Positions 51,189 to 62,550 of a DNA stretch of 64,000 nt are shown here, in pieces. The stretch spans positions 127,426,897 through 127,490,896 of the forward strand of contig NC_085845.1 in NCBI RefSeq assembly GCF_035594765.1, written 5' to 3'. The position numbers were made by a program, and so were the translations under genes. The notes beneath the pieces are model-generated. The model was not told the DNA's origin. It saw nothing but the letters and a program-made list of their open reading frames with translations, and did not search any database. This DNA comes from Anolis carolinensis (taxonomy: Eukaryota). Each line of letters starts with the position of its first letter. The stretch's first letter is position 1.

Positions 51189-51489
51189 CACATTATAAAT
51201 TGCAAAAATCCCCAAGATTATTTATTTATTTATTTATTGCATTTATATATCGCTTTTCTCACCCTTGGGGGACTCAAAGCGGTTCATACCAAATAAATGG
51301 CAAAATTCAATGCCTCATAAATAATAAAAACAGTACATTACACATCTAGAATCGTGGCCTATCATTATAAATTAGACCATTAAAACCATAAACATCTGAC
51401 ATGAACATAAAACAATTAAAAATTGCACTGATCCCGAAGTTGTCATCCATAATTTAAAATTAATATATGTAGACATACAATATTGTTCA

Positions 51490-51795
51490 GTGGGTCAAAC
51501 TGCTGAACTTGCTTATTGAAAGGTTGGCAGTTCAAATCTGGGGACCTGGGGGAGTCCTCGCTGTTAGCCGCAGCTTCTGTCAACCTAGCGGTTCGAAAAC
51601 ATGCAAATGTGAGTACATCAATAGGTACCGCTCCGGTGGGAAGGTATTTGCACTCCATGCAGTCATGTCAGCCACATGATCTTGAAGGCATTTACGGACA
51701 ATGCTGGCTCTTCAGCTTAGAAATGGAGATGAGCACCACTTCCCAGAGTTGGACACAACTAGACTTCATGTAAAGGGGAAATCTTTACCATTACT
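51490..51795 (+). mobile_element. Sauria SINE, 5'-clipped
   Basis: Homologous to 6468-6792. Confidence 0.88.
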
Positions 51796-51800
51796 TTAAC

Positions 51801-52541
51801 CAGTGTTTCTCAACCTTCCTAATGCCACAACCCCTTAAGACAGCTCCTCATGTTGTGGTGACCCCCAACCATAACATTATTTTTGTTGTTACTTCATAAC
51901 TAATTTTCTACTGTTATGAATCTTATGTAAATATCTGATATGCAGGATGCATTTTCATTCACTGGACCAAATTTGGAACAAATACCCGATACGCCCAAAT
52001 TTGAATAGTGGTGGGGTGTGGGGGTGGGGATTGATTTTGTCATTTGGGAGTTGTAGTCACTGGGATTTATAGTTCACCTACAATCAAAGAGCATTTGGAA
52101 CTCCACCAACAATGGAATCAAATCAAACTTAGCACACAGAACTCCCATGCCCAACAGGAAATACTGGAAGGGTTTGGTGGGCATTGACTTTGAGTTTGGG
52201 AGTTGTAGTTCACCTACATCCAGAGAGCACTGTGGACTCAAACAGTAATGGATCTGGACCAAGCTTGGCACAAATACTCAATATGCCCAAATTTGAACAT
52301 ATTTGGTGGAGTTTGGAGAAAATAGATGACATTTGGGAGTTGTAATTGCCGGGATTTATAGTTCACCTACAATCAAAGAGTCCCTTGAACACCACTAACG
52401 ATAGAATTGGGCCAAACTTCCCACACAGAACTCCCATGACCAACAGAAAATACTGGTCTTTGGCAACCCCACTAAGTCCCCTGCACAATCCACGCCCCCC
52501 CCCCCCCCCAAGGGTTCTGACTCCCAGGTTGAGAAACACTG
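51801..52541 (+). mobile_element. SPIN/URR1-like non-autonomous hAT with internal tandem modules
   Basis: TIR CAGTGTTTCTCAACCT at both ends. The left ~140 bp resemble the URR1/SPIN MITE (ccttcctaatgc..ctcatgttgtggtgacccccaaccataa). TSD CTTTA(G)AC. Confidence 0.85.
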
Positions 52542-52579
52542 CTTTAGACATACAATAACATCAACATAAAAACATCTAG

Positions 52580-52795
52580 GTGTTCTTGTAGGTGTCTTCA
52601 AGTCACCGACCAACTTATGGTGACCCCATAATTTCCTAGAGTTTTCTTAGGTAAAGAATACTTAGAATACTTTCTTAGGTAAAGAATACTTCCTCTGAAA
52701 AATGGTCGACAGCACCTGATATTCACTAGTATCCCTCAATTGAGTACTAACCACAGTTTACTCTGCTTAGCTTCCGAGAACAGATGGGGTCTGGA
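52580..52795 (-). mobile_element. 5S rRNA-derived SINE (SINE3) with RTE/BovB-type tail
   Basis: Reverse complement tctcggaagctaagcagag..ggttagtact..gaatatcaggtgctg is 5S-like, then a ctaagaaaac..gggtcaccataagt tail. Confidence 0.7.
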
Positions 52796-54218
52796 CCATG
52801 AGAGTTTTTAGGCCTTTCATTATAACTTAAAACCAACAGTCTAATAAGAATCTTTTAATGCAAAATAGATCCCTTTAGATGTTTTAGACCAACTGCCAAG
52901 ACTTCCTAGGTATGGCTTCTGAGAGCAAAAGAATCCCAATTTAAACAAGTAAAAAAAAAAAAACCTTCCCGTTCTTAGAAAATGACAAGAAACAAATTGG
53001 GTAGGACTCTTTTAAAGCTCTGAAGTGATATTGATATTTCTGAGATTTGTGAAATTATTACTCAAAAGATCAAAAAATCAAAAAAAGGACCAAAGCAAGA
53101 TAGTATGTCACAATGGCCATTATGAGAATCTGTTAAGAGAATAAAGAGTAAGGAGAGGAAAGAAGGCTAATAGAATGAACATTAACAGATTTATGGAAAA
53201 CCTTTTTTTGTGTGCCTTCATAATAATTATATCAGCCATTCATGACAACGTGTTGTCTGGAGAGAGAAGTCATCAGAAACATCTTGAGGGGGTAAAAATT
53301 GCACCGCTTTCAATCACAGTGCTAATCATAAAGTAATTATCATCGTTGAGATTGGCATAAGAATGATCATTAACTATGTACTAAACTGCAATCATCTGTC
53401 TCAAAAATCTAATAAAGAATCTGTGTGATCAATATTCAGCACCATTAGCCAGAATGACAGATCTGTTTTCCTTATTTTTAGTTTCAACAGCAAGCAGGCC
53501 TCCTTTACGTACAGTGGATTTCTTTTTTCCTTTACTTTTTTTCCAAACGGGAGGGGAGTACTTACTCTTTAATTAACCTGAACTTGGCAGGGAACAAGAA
53601 AGAAGAAAGAATCCAGAAAATATTTTTTTTTTCTGAAGCAGATACCTATTTTTCTTCACAAGGCAAAGTTTATTGTTACCTCGATCTTGTTCAGCTAAAG
53701 CTCAGTTTTAAACGTAATCTATGTGTTGTGTGTGATTAAACATTGTGAGTTCGAACTTGCTTAGCAACAATGTAAAAGCTAGGTTGCTGGCATACTTATG
53801 CGTTGCTAGCTAAACCAATCTTGCATACCCTTAGGCCATAAATCCCTGATTTATGTAAAGACTACTGCTGTTCTAGCTTGTCTATGATGCCAAGTGCAAA
53901 GCATCCCCACCTGTTTTTCCTTTTAATGTCTCATTGAGATGCATCTGAATTCTTGACTTACTTGAATTTAGTTTGTGGCACCTGCATAAATTCCCCGAGG
54001 TATAATCCACTATATGTCACTCTCGTTAAACCAAACATTTTAGTATCTGTTTCCAGTCAAATCCAATGGTGCTATTTACAAAGGTTTGTCAGGTTTATGT
54101 GCACATGTGGTAGGCAGAAGTATAGCTACAGGTAAATTTTACCTCCTATTAAGTTCCCTTTCATCCTCTGATTTCTCGTATTACAGACAGAAACCCTGAA
54201 AATGATGTTTATGTCATG

Positions 54219-54456
54219 ACCGGGCTGTGGCGCAGGCTGTTGAGCAACCAGCTGCAGCCAGCTGCAATGAATCACTCTGACCAGGAGGTCATGAGTTTGA
54301 GGCCAGCTCGGAGCCCCGTGTTTGTCTTGTCTTTGTTCTATGTTAAGGCATTGAATGTTTGTCTTATATGTGTAATATGATCCGCCCTGAGTCCCCTTCG
54401 GGGTGAGAAGGGCAGAATATAAATACTGTAAATAAATAAATACATAAATAAATAAA
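54219..54456 (+). mobile_element. Anolis SINE2-like element, short form
   Basis: Near-identical to 23046-23277. Confidence 0.85.
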
Positions 54457-54974
54457 TGACTCCTACCAAAGTGTCATAACTAGGTAAAGTGGGAGCAAAA
54501 TTAGCACACATCCCCATTAAGAAAAAAAATTCCCACCCAAATTGAATTTTTCTTTAGCACAAGATTTCTAGCATTGCAGATTTTGGACTAGAATTCTTAT
54601 ATTTGTTGAATTCACATTCCCTTGGCAACTTTTCGCCTTTGCTTTGGATGCCTAAACTGCATTTTTAAATGTTCAACTGAACATTTTATATTACAAAAAT
54701 GCTAGGAATTTTAAATTTCATTGGGGTACAGTTTCTATTTGAGAGACTAGTGCACTCATCTTCCTGTCTTGTAACTCTATCCTCCTGCATAAGGAGAAAA
54801 TGTATTATCCCAGAACCTACTTCCTTGACTTGGTCTCCTATCATACTGTGCCTCAGAATGTCACTTCATTTACCAGAGCCTTGGATCTCAATAGAACATC
54901 TCAGTGCCTTAAAAAATTGCAATTCTTTTGACAAAACTGGGTGGACTTTATAGGCATAGGATACGTATTGAGAG

Positions 54975-55160
54975 TCAGTGTAGTGTAGTGGTTTGAGTGT
55001 TAATGCAACACCAGGGTTGGAATTCCTGCTTAGCCATGGGTGAGCTTAGCATGTCCTCATCTTTAGAGGAGAACAATGACAGATTTCTTCTGAACAAATT
55101 CTACTGAGAGAGCACTGTAATAGGTTCTTCTTAGGATTGTCAGAAATTACTTGAAAACAC
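54975..55160 (+). mobile_element. Old tRNA-SINE with RTE/BovB-type tail
   Basis: gtgtagtggttt head. Homologous to 36045-36240. Confidence 0.5.
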
Positions 55161-55599
55161 CAACAGCAGCAGCAGCAACAAAAACAGGATCATCTTTGAA
55201 GGAGTGGACAAATACCTGTAGAGATTTTTAAATAAGTACCAAGGTCATGGGTGCCCTTTCAAATAAGTATGCATAGGATTTCAGATTTAAAGTCCCCTTC
55301 AGAGGACCTAAAGCAAATCAAACTTCAGATGTAAGAATCACATTTGAATGCAGCTCCACGGAAACATTCTATGAATATTTCAAGCACAGAACTACCCCAA
55401 GGAGCTTGTCCTTAACACACCAAGATCTGATATACCTGACTTCTGTTTATTAATAGTTCTAAATATTTCCTTAGCACTTTCAAATGTTCACTGGTCTAAG
55501 GCTATTTAGCAAGTCCAGAACATATTATTAAGTTCTCCTTTAGAATGAATTTGATGAGGCATCATTCATGAAAACACAGTTTAGTTACACATATGCAAG

Positions 55600-56946
55600 T
55601 GTTGTGACTGCGCCTTCGGGGATTATGGTTGATGGTTATGGGATTCGAAAAGGAAGAAAAAACCCTCGTGATGAGGGTTCACTGGAGGAGTTGCGCAGGA
55701 AGTGACTTAGAGAGCTATATGGGGGATCTTCTGAGGAAGATTCAGATGGGGAGTTTGGGGAAATGGATGCTGAGGAACAGGTGGTGGCTGGGGAAGTGGG
55801 CACTGAATGGGCACAGCCACCGGAGATGTCTGGGGATTTGGGGCCTATGGATACTGCTGAACCTGGGGTTTCTGCAGGAGCTGATCCCACTTGGGATGCT
55901 TGGAGAAGGGAGGATGGTTCTTTAAGTGTTCATGGGGCTAAGTGTGGGCAGGATGATTGGGACTCCGACGAATTGCTAGGTACTCCGGATCCACGAGCTC
56001 TAGCTGTGTGGAGTTCGGACTCTGAGTAGATTTGGGACACCTGGTGTTTGGGTGTGAGTGTTTGGTCACCCAGGAGGAAGGGGAATGTTTGGCCACTGCA
56101 CTTTGCGTGTGGCAAGGTGTTGCTGAGGCGCCATTGGGATCTCTGTGTTTCCGTGAAGACTGGACTTGGACTGTGATTCGGATGTAAGTTATCTGGGACT
56201 GCTCTGCAGCAGAGGGATGGAACTGTGTGGGTTTCCCTGGACTGCATTCTGATTACTATTTCTAGCTGCTGATACCATCTGGCTTGGCTCTCGCTGTGTC
56301 TTATCGTGGACCTGGTTTGGATGACTGCACCCTCTTCGGACTTTGGATTGAATTTGACCTGGCTTCTGTCTACGCCCTCTGACTGACGACTACTCCCGGC
56401 TTCTGACTACTGGTTTGCCTTTCGGAATTTGCTGCTGCCTCCTGACCTGACCTTGGATTCTCCTGACAACGGCTATTCATCATCCCTTTGAAGCTCTCGG
56501 CTTTATCTGCACCGTGGAAGCAGTTTACTGCTCTTCTAGTTTGTTTGTTTTCAAGCCAGTTTTCTGTTTTTCTTTTGGGAACTGTCCCTTTAAATCCACA
56601 GAGCCGGCTGTCTGTTTTCAGAAACGGTTTGGAACCAAAAGAGGCTTTTGCACTTTCAGTTATACTCTGCAGCTTCTGGAAGGTTTCAAGCCTTCGTTTA
56701 TTTTGCATATTTTCTAGCAGTCAACTCAATTTGTTCTCCAAAGCTGAATTGAAGCGTCTTTTAGTTTTTATTGAATGCCAGCGTGGGAAAATAGCGTGGC
56801 TTGTTTTTGAGTTATTTTTGTCCAAACTACTCTTGAAACACTGATAAGTGAAGTGTTTCAAGGATACCTTCTGTGTTTATGTTATTTCTGGCTTATCTTT
56901 TGAATAAACTCTGTTTTGTTTGTTAACTGGCATCTGACTCTTGACA
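55600..56946 (+). mobile_element. Solo LTR of an LTR retrotransposon (Gypsy/BEL-like)
   Basis: TG...CA termini, perfect 5-bp TSD GCAAG, and AATAAA about 40 bp from the 3' end. Confidence 0.9.
55601..56029 (+). pseudogene. LTR-encoded basic/acidic ORF with one premature stop at 55703-55705
   Basis: The frame is open from the LTR edge: VVTAPSGIMVDGYGIRKGRKNPRDEGSLEELRRK*LRELYGGSSEEDS... The TGA aligns with Arg in the other LTR, consistent with CGA>TGA decay. Confidence 0.6.
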
Positions 56947-57899
56947 GCAAGCACATACACATTGCAATAGAACCCTCTTTTCCACTGGTCCGCTATCTAG
57001 ATATATTTTCATTTATCTTTGTCTGACAAAATATGCACTCTCTTTTCCTTTTTCTCACAATTCCTCTTTTTTACTTATAGTTAATAGCAGGGGAAACCAA
57101 CTACAATGAGAAACATTGGTGGGCGCTAGAGACTTTTCACATAAGGGCTCACAATAAAAAAACATAGTGCTCTTGTTTGTTAGTGAAAAAATCATGATAC
57201 AGCTCCCGACTTCTTAACCTCTCACTTTCCCATGTGGATGATTCTGAAATCAGACATGAAGGTTAAAAAAAAAAACCTATAAGATTGCAGAGAAATTTCC
57301 AGTTATTTGAGCACTGTAGCAGCAGTTACCATATTCATAAATGCAGTTTGCTTAATTTTAGAGGTTGCCTTTAGGGTAGTGTTTCACTTAACAAATGCAT
57401 CTATTTTACAACCCCCAAAATGACGAGACCACAAACAATTTGGGATTAACAATGGGCAACTTTTATTAATTTTTGTGACTTTCAAAAAATTTCTAAAGGG
57501 GCATGAACTTGATGTGGATTAAGCTGAGGCAGTGGCCATCTTGGACCTACTCCTTGAATAACTTGGGTGAAACACCTGGGTCCCCGAATGTAATAAACTG
57601 TACCATTTTCAGAGAGACCACTCAGGGAAACGTAACTGAGAATTCTGCCCCAACTCAAAAGGATGTATTGAGACCAGAACTCTTCCCATTCCAAGGCCTT
57701 TTCTGTTCTCTCTCACCTCAGTTATTTGAACCACAGGTGAGAGTTTGCATTCCTGGCCTACACCACAAAGGGGTGCCTTAGGTGTACATCAAAATGTAAA
57801 TCAATTGATGTTTTCTGCCATAGATTAGGGGTAAGAATCAGCTTTACCCCTATTCCCCACCAAGTCCACCAAAGCAGGCCAAATGCTCCTTTGCAAGTT

Positions 57900-58443
57900 G
57901 TACAAACATTGGTGGTTGCTTGTGTCCAAAAGGATAGGTACCTTTTTCTACCATAAGCATGGTAGAAATCCTGTCTAAGGTGTGTAATGTCATTGTTAAT
58001 GTAAGAGCCCATACCGTCAGCTAAAGCGTTCCTTATGACCCTGTTCACTCTCATTCTCACTCCATCAAGCTTTTTAACATATCTGCCACTTCAAGCATAG
58101 GATGATCGCAGACAATAAAATATAGGTGTGAGGCCATGTCTCCTTGATTTTGTGAAAATCGGCCAATGCTTGAAGAAACTGTGCTCTACCTTTGAGAAAG
58201 CCGAAGTCATTACAACCCAGATGGATAACCAAAACATCAGGAGGGAATCCTCTCCTGAATCAAACAGCAATGGGCACAAGCTGTCCCAACAGAGACCTCC
58301 TCTGCCCCTCCAATCAGTGGGGGCCAGGGAGGCAAAATCCAGCTGCTGGCTATAGGAACTTCTACAGGCCTGTCACTCAGTCCAATGGATATAGCTACGG
58401 ATGCAGATCAAGACCCATCTTCTATGTACCAGCAACCCCTCAT
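57900..58443 (-). pseudogene. Ngaro SGNH-hydrolase-like ORF remnant
   Basis: VLICIRSYIHW (GxS block), WRGRGGLCWDSLCPLL, PPDVLVIHLGCND, R.RVNRVIR. Frameshifted. Confidence 0.75.
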
Positions 58444-58477
58444 CTGAAAAGACACATAAATGTTAATGTAAAGAAAC

Positions 58478-59560
58478 TGGGCAAACATATGAACAACAAG
58501 CTTTATACTTCCATCTGCCTAAAGTTCAAATCTTGCTAACATTGTAGCCCATGTCTGCTGCTGTCAAGGTGGCCCCTATCCAAAAAGTATAGTTCCAAAT
58601 TTTTGACCTTGTATGCCCAGTGCTTTAAGCACTTTGGATGTGAATAACCAAACTGATATTTTGTGAGTGGAACACTGTCTTGGTAACAAAAGAGAGAGCC
58701 AGCGGCATTACCCCTAATAGCAATATAATGTGCCATTTATGTCCGGACATAAATCCATGTCACAGCTCATGAGCCTAATGTAGGATCCTTTGGTTTTTAG
58801 ATTGGTTTTAGACCTTCTAACAAACAAGTGCAACATTTTGGGCGCTAAACATATGTCTGCAAACATCAATGCCCACTGAAATTGATCCAATTTTGATCCC
58901 AGTACTACCTTTATGACTCTAAGTGCTACAAAAAAGGCTGTGAGTGCAGATGCATGAAACAGTAGCTCTTTGTAATGGGAGGCACAAACCTGGGGCCAAA
59001 TTTCTCCAAGGCCCTTCAAAATCCCCAGTGTAAGGGACTGCCAAGTATCGCGGGGTCTGCCATAATCATGTGATCACTAGGGTTGTGCATTTCGGCTACA
59101 CCTTGATCCATTTCCCTTCTAGTGGCTGCCTCCCTTCCTGTACTCAACATGTAACCAAAAGAAACTGAAAGCAGCCAGTTTTCGACAGCTGCTGTCGTGA
59201 CCTCCCCCCCCCCCCAAAAAAAATGACAGTGGAGCCCATGTTGTTATGCGCATTCAAACCAGTTGAAGACCGTTTTTGAAAATTGATCTGTTCACAAGCC
59301 TAGTGACTACCCTTCTAATAGTTTACAGACACGGAAATCAGTGATAGACTCAGGGAAGCCCTGGGCCATAAGCCAAAAGGCAAGGGCAGATAGTTTTGTC
59401 CAGATGAACTACGGGACTAAAGCTTTTCTTTCAGGAAAAAAGAAAATTGTATTCCTGTCATAATATCACTTATTGTATAATTTTGCCTGAAATCTGTGAA
59501 TTCTCAGATGACTTTGATGTAAGACTTTCTGGAATTCAGTGCCGACCCGATACCCCTGAC
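58478..59560 (-). pseudogene. Ngaro tyrosine recombinase remnant
   Basis: LLFHASALTAFFVALRV, VRRSKT, LCP, PLTKYQF, FGT...IGATLTAADMGY, LGRWKYKACCSYV. Confidence 0.82.
59078..59302. mobile_element. Small hAT-like insertion inside the recombinase gene
   Basis: Ends TAGGGTTGTGCA / TTCACAAGCCTA and decayed 8-bp TSD GTGATCAC / GTGACTAC. Confidence 0.6.
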
Positions 59561-59594
59561 TAATTTGTCAGTCCAATTTGATTTGGACTCTTGC

Positions 59595-59780
59595 CGAATG
59601 CCAGCATTGGATGCTAGTTGCCTAAAGTGCTCCATCTGCAGGCAGGACAGAGCATCAGCTAAAGCATTGTCAGTCCCTTCTGAATGAAAAGTGCAAAACC
59701 ATATGTTGTGCTTCAGGCAGTGGAGTGTAAAATGATGGACCGCCCCCAACATAGTCATGTTGACGCCATGTTTAGAATTA
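59595..59780 (-). pseudogene. Ngaro RNase H C-terminal remnant
   Basis: HFTLHCLKHNIWFCTFHSEGTDNALADALSCLQMEHFRQLA. Confidence 0.8.
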
Positions 59781-62364
59781 TTAATGATCACCATTAATAT
59801 CCTTGTTATATTCGAGTTATGTCCTGCCATAATTGAGGTTTCCTAAAATTCATGTTCATATATAATGTTCAGATTTGGGGAGGGGCAATCGTGTAGGCCC
59901 TGGTAAACCACTAATTATGCAAGCTGGTTGGTGATTGTTTCCCATCAGAGGAGGGCGCAGAGAAATCTGGCCACAGCCATCACACCAATACTGCCCCAGG
60001 AGCCAGGGGCATGAAAGGGGGTAGCACAGCAAAGCCAGGTGAGCAGTGCCACCATTCATACCAACCTGAAGGAATGGCACTGCCCCCTGCCCACCCTCGC
60101 TGGGAGAAGGAAGATGCCATGGAGGAAAGATATCTTTTAGACTTGGCAAGGCCCTGCATGATTTGCGGCGGGCAGAAGGGAAAGATGGGAACCAACACTC
60201 CCCAATCCCCATAGTCCCCCCCCCCCACTCCTGGGGCCAGGAGTGGTGGCTGGCCTCCACCCCCAGCACCCATGAGTGCCCAAGTGAAGCTGCAGGGTGG
60301 GCGGGAGGCCAACGAAGCCTAGACTAAAAACTCACGGACATCCAGGGGAAGCAGCCATCTGTCCGATTGACAAACTCAGAATGACGAGATCTCCTATGCA
60401 GCCCCACCCACTAGAAATAGTTCCAGCCAGAACTATTTCAAGTAATAGTCCCTGTCGATGGAGGTGGCAAGTCACCCCACAATCCCCACAAAGCAGGGGA
60501 GGGAAGCTAATTGTCGTCGTCGTCATTTCCCCAAGCAATTCACAGAAAAATCGTTAATAGAGTTTGAAAAAGATCTGTTCTATAATGGTTGGAGAACCTG
60601 GGTATCTTAAACAACAACAACGCATTTCCTTCCAATTTCTGCACATCCCCAGATTTTTATTGAAACTTTTCCATCTCTAGAGGGGATTTGAAGAATGCAT
60701 GCAACTGTAAGAGAAAACAATGGATGGCTAAAATCTATTTTCATGAGTCTCCTTAAGTCAACTTAGTAACCAACTCAGTATTGTGGGATTTTTTAAGATG
60801 AGTAACAACAGGAGATATCACATGGGCACCCAAATGTCACACAAGAATGAAACCTAAGAAAAGGCAGCCATTGTATGGCAAATATTTGATAAAGGAGAGG
60901 GATTCATAGTATTAATATAACCCACAAAACCCAATCTAAAACTTTAAAATAAGAATAGCTATTACAAATGCACTGCACCAGGTCATATTTTGACAGCCAA
61001 ATGGGAGTTCTACTAGCAGAAGAAGATAGTATGCTATTTCTAAATTATCACAGATAAATTTGTCCTTATATACTTCCCACTAGATGAGGTTTCAACATAC
61101 ATATTTTTGTGTATATGCAACCCAATTGCTAGATGTATTTCACCTGGCAGCATCTCTGTGTGTTTTGGCATTACATTTGAGATATTATATTGTAAGTAAT
61201 ACAATATAATATGGGATCATAAGTAAACACTGTTGGAAACAAATAATTCATAGCATGACCCACCCTTTTCCCCAAATGTTGGATACCGTTGGGAGGCTAC
61301 GGACACGTACAGTTGCTTCTGTACTTTTTTATGACTAGTTAAATATGAAACTATATGACATTCATTCCATTTTAGTCCATGTCGCCCATGACAGTCAAGT
61401 GTAATACTTCATGTTCTAAATAGAAAAATATATTCTCTGTTATTTCATTTTAGGGTAGAGGGAGCTTCTGATGGAGTTTTAATATTATGGACTATCTTCA
61501 ATGCTGAAAATTAAATGGTATACTAATTTTACAATTTGCATTGTTGGAATTACTTTCACTATGTTTATCATTTAATCTCCCTTCCTCTGTTTATTTTCCA
61601 AACACTGCAGGAGGGTCGAAAATATATTGGAAATGCATGGAATGAAAGCTTATTTTTCAAAGTTTATTAAAGGTATATTTCAGTCAAATGCAATTTAATA
61701 AGCTTGATACAGTAATAGAGAATATTTGACTGGGTTTAAAACATAGATTTGATGAGATAATATTGAAATCTATGTCATGATACAGTCATTAAATAACATG
61801 GGGGAGAAGAGAGCAGACAGGAGACCTTGTTTGGTTTCAATGGGGAAAAAAAGACATCTCCAAATGTATTTGTTTCACAATTAAGTACTGGCAGAAACAA
61901 GAGTGAGACATCTGGGGCTGAAAGAAAATTAAGTGTCTGAGACATAGCTCCAGACCAGATATTATTGTAGTTACACAATTTCAGTGCAATTTTAACCATC
62001 TGTTTCAGTACAATTTTATCATCTATCATGTACCAGGGCAGGACATTTTAAAGTCACATTTTCTTTCAAAATTCACTTAGAACTAGATCTACACACAAAA
62101 TGTACTGTACGTTTTACCTGGCATTGTTACTTGAACCATTAGAAATTAGGTGAACATGTATTTGATATACAAATAGATTAGATGGAACAAATATGAAACC
62201 CAATTGCTATGTCATTTTTGGTGGACGATGATACAGCAATTCTCAAGTCTTTTACATCAGATTTGTGGGGACGGGGGGAAACTTTGAATTTTGGTAAATT
62301 CTTATAAAAAATTAGATATTTTCACTCATTTGTAGGTTAAAATCATAATTATAGTTTTCAGAAT

Positions 62365-62550
62365 GTCTGTGGTTTGAGCTCTGAACTACAGCTCTGGAAA
62401 ACATATTCAAATCCTTGTTTTGCCATGAAAGCCCACTGGGTGACCTTGGGCAAATCACACACACTTACCTTCAGAAAGCTCTATGATATTTTTGCCTTAA
62501 GGTCTCCATAAATAAGAAATAATCTGAACGCATATAACAGCATCAACAAC
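62365..62550 (+). mobile_element. Old tRNA-SINE with RTE/BovB-type tail
   Basis: ttcaaatcc..cccactgggtgaccttgggcaaatcaca..tctccataa, followed by a (CAA)n-like tail. Confidence 0.55.

Larger units (their letters stand above)
57450..60540 (-). mobile_element. Decayed Ngaro (DIRS-order) tyrosine-recombinase retrotransposon
   Basis: Order of remnants: gag-like, RNase H, tyrosine recombinase, SGNH hydrolase. Boundaries are approximate. Confidence 0.82.

Noticed and set aside
52040-52460. CRISPR-like repeat-spacer array
   Set aside because: Vertebrate DNA. The units are degenerate tandem modules inside a hAT element, with no unique spacers or cas genes.
31672-56946. The two LTRs as the ends of one 25-kb provirus
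   Set aside because: They are in opposite orientation, differ in sequence and length, each has its own TSD, and there is no gag/pol between them.
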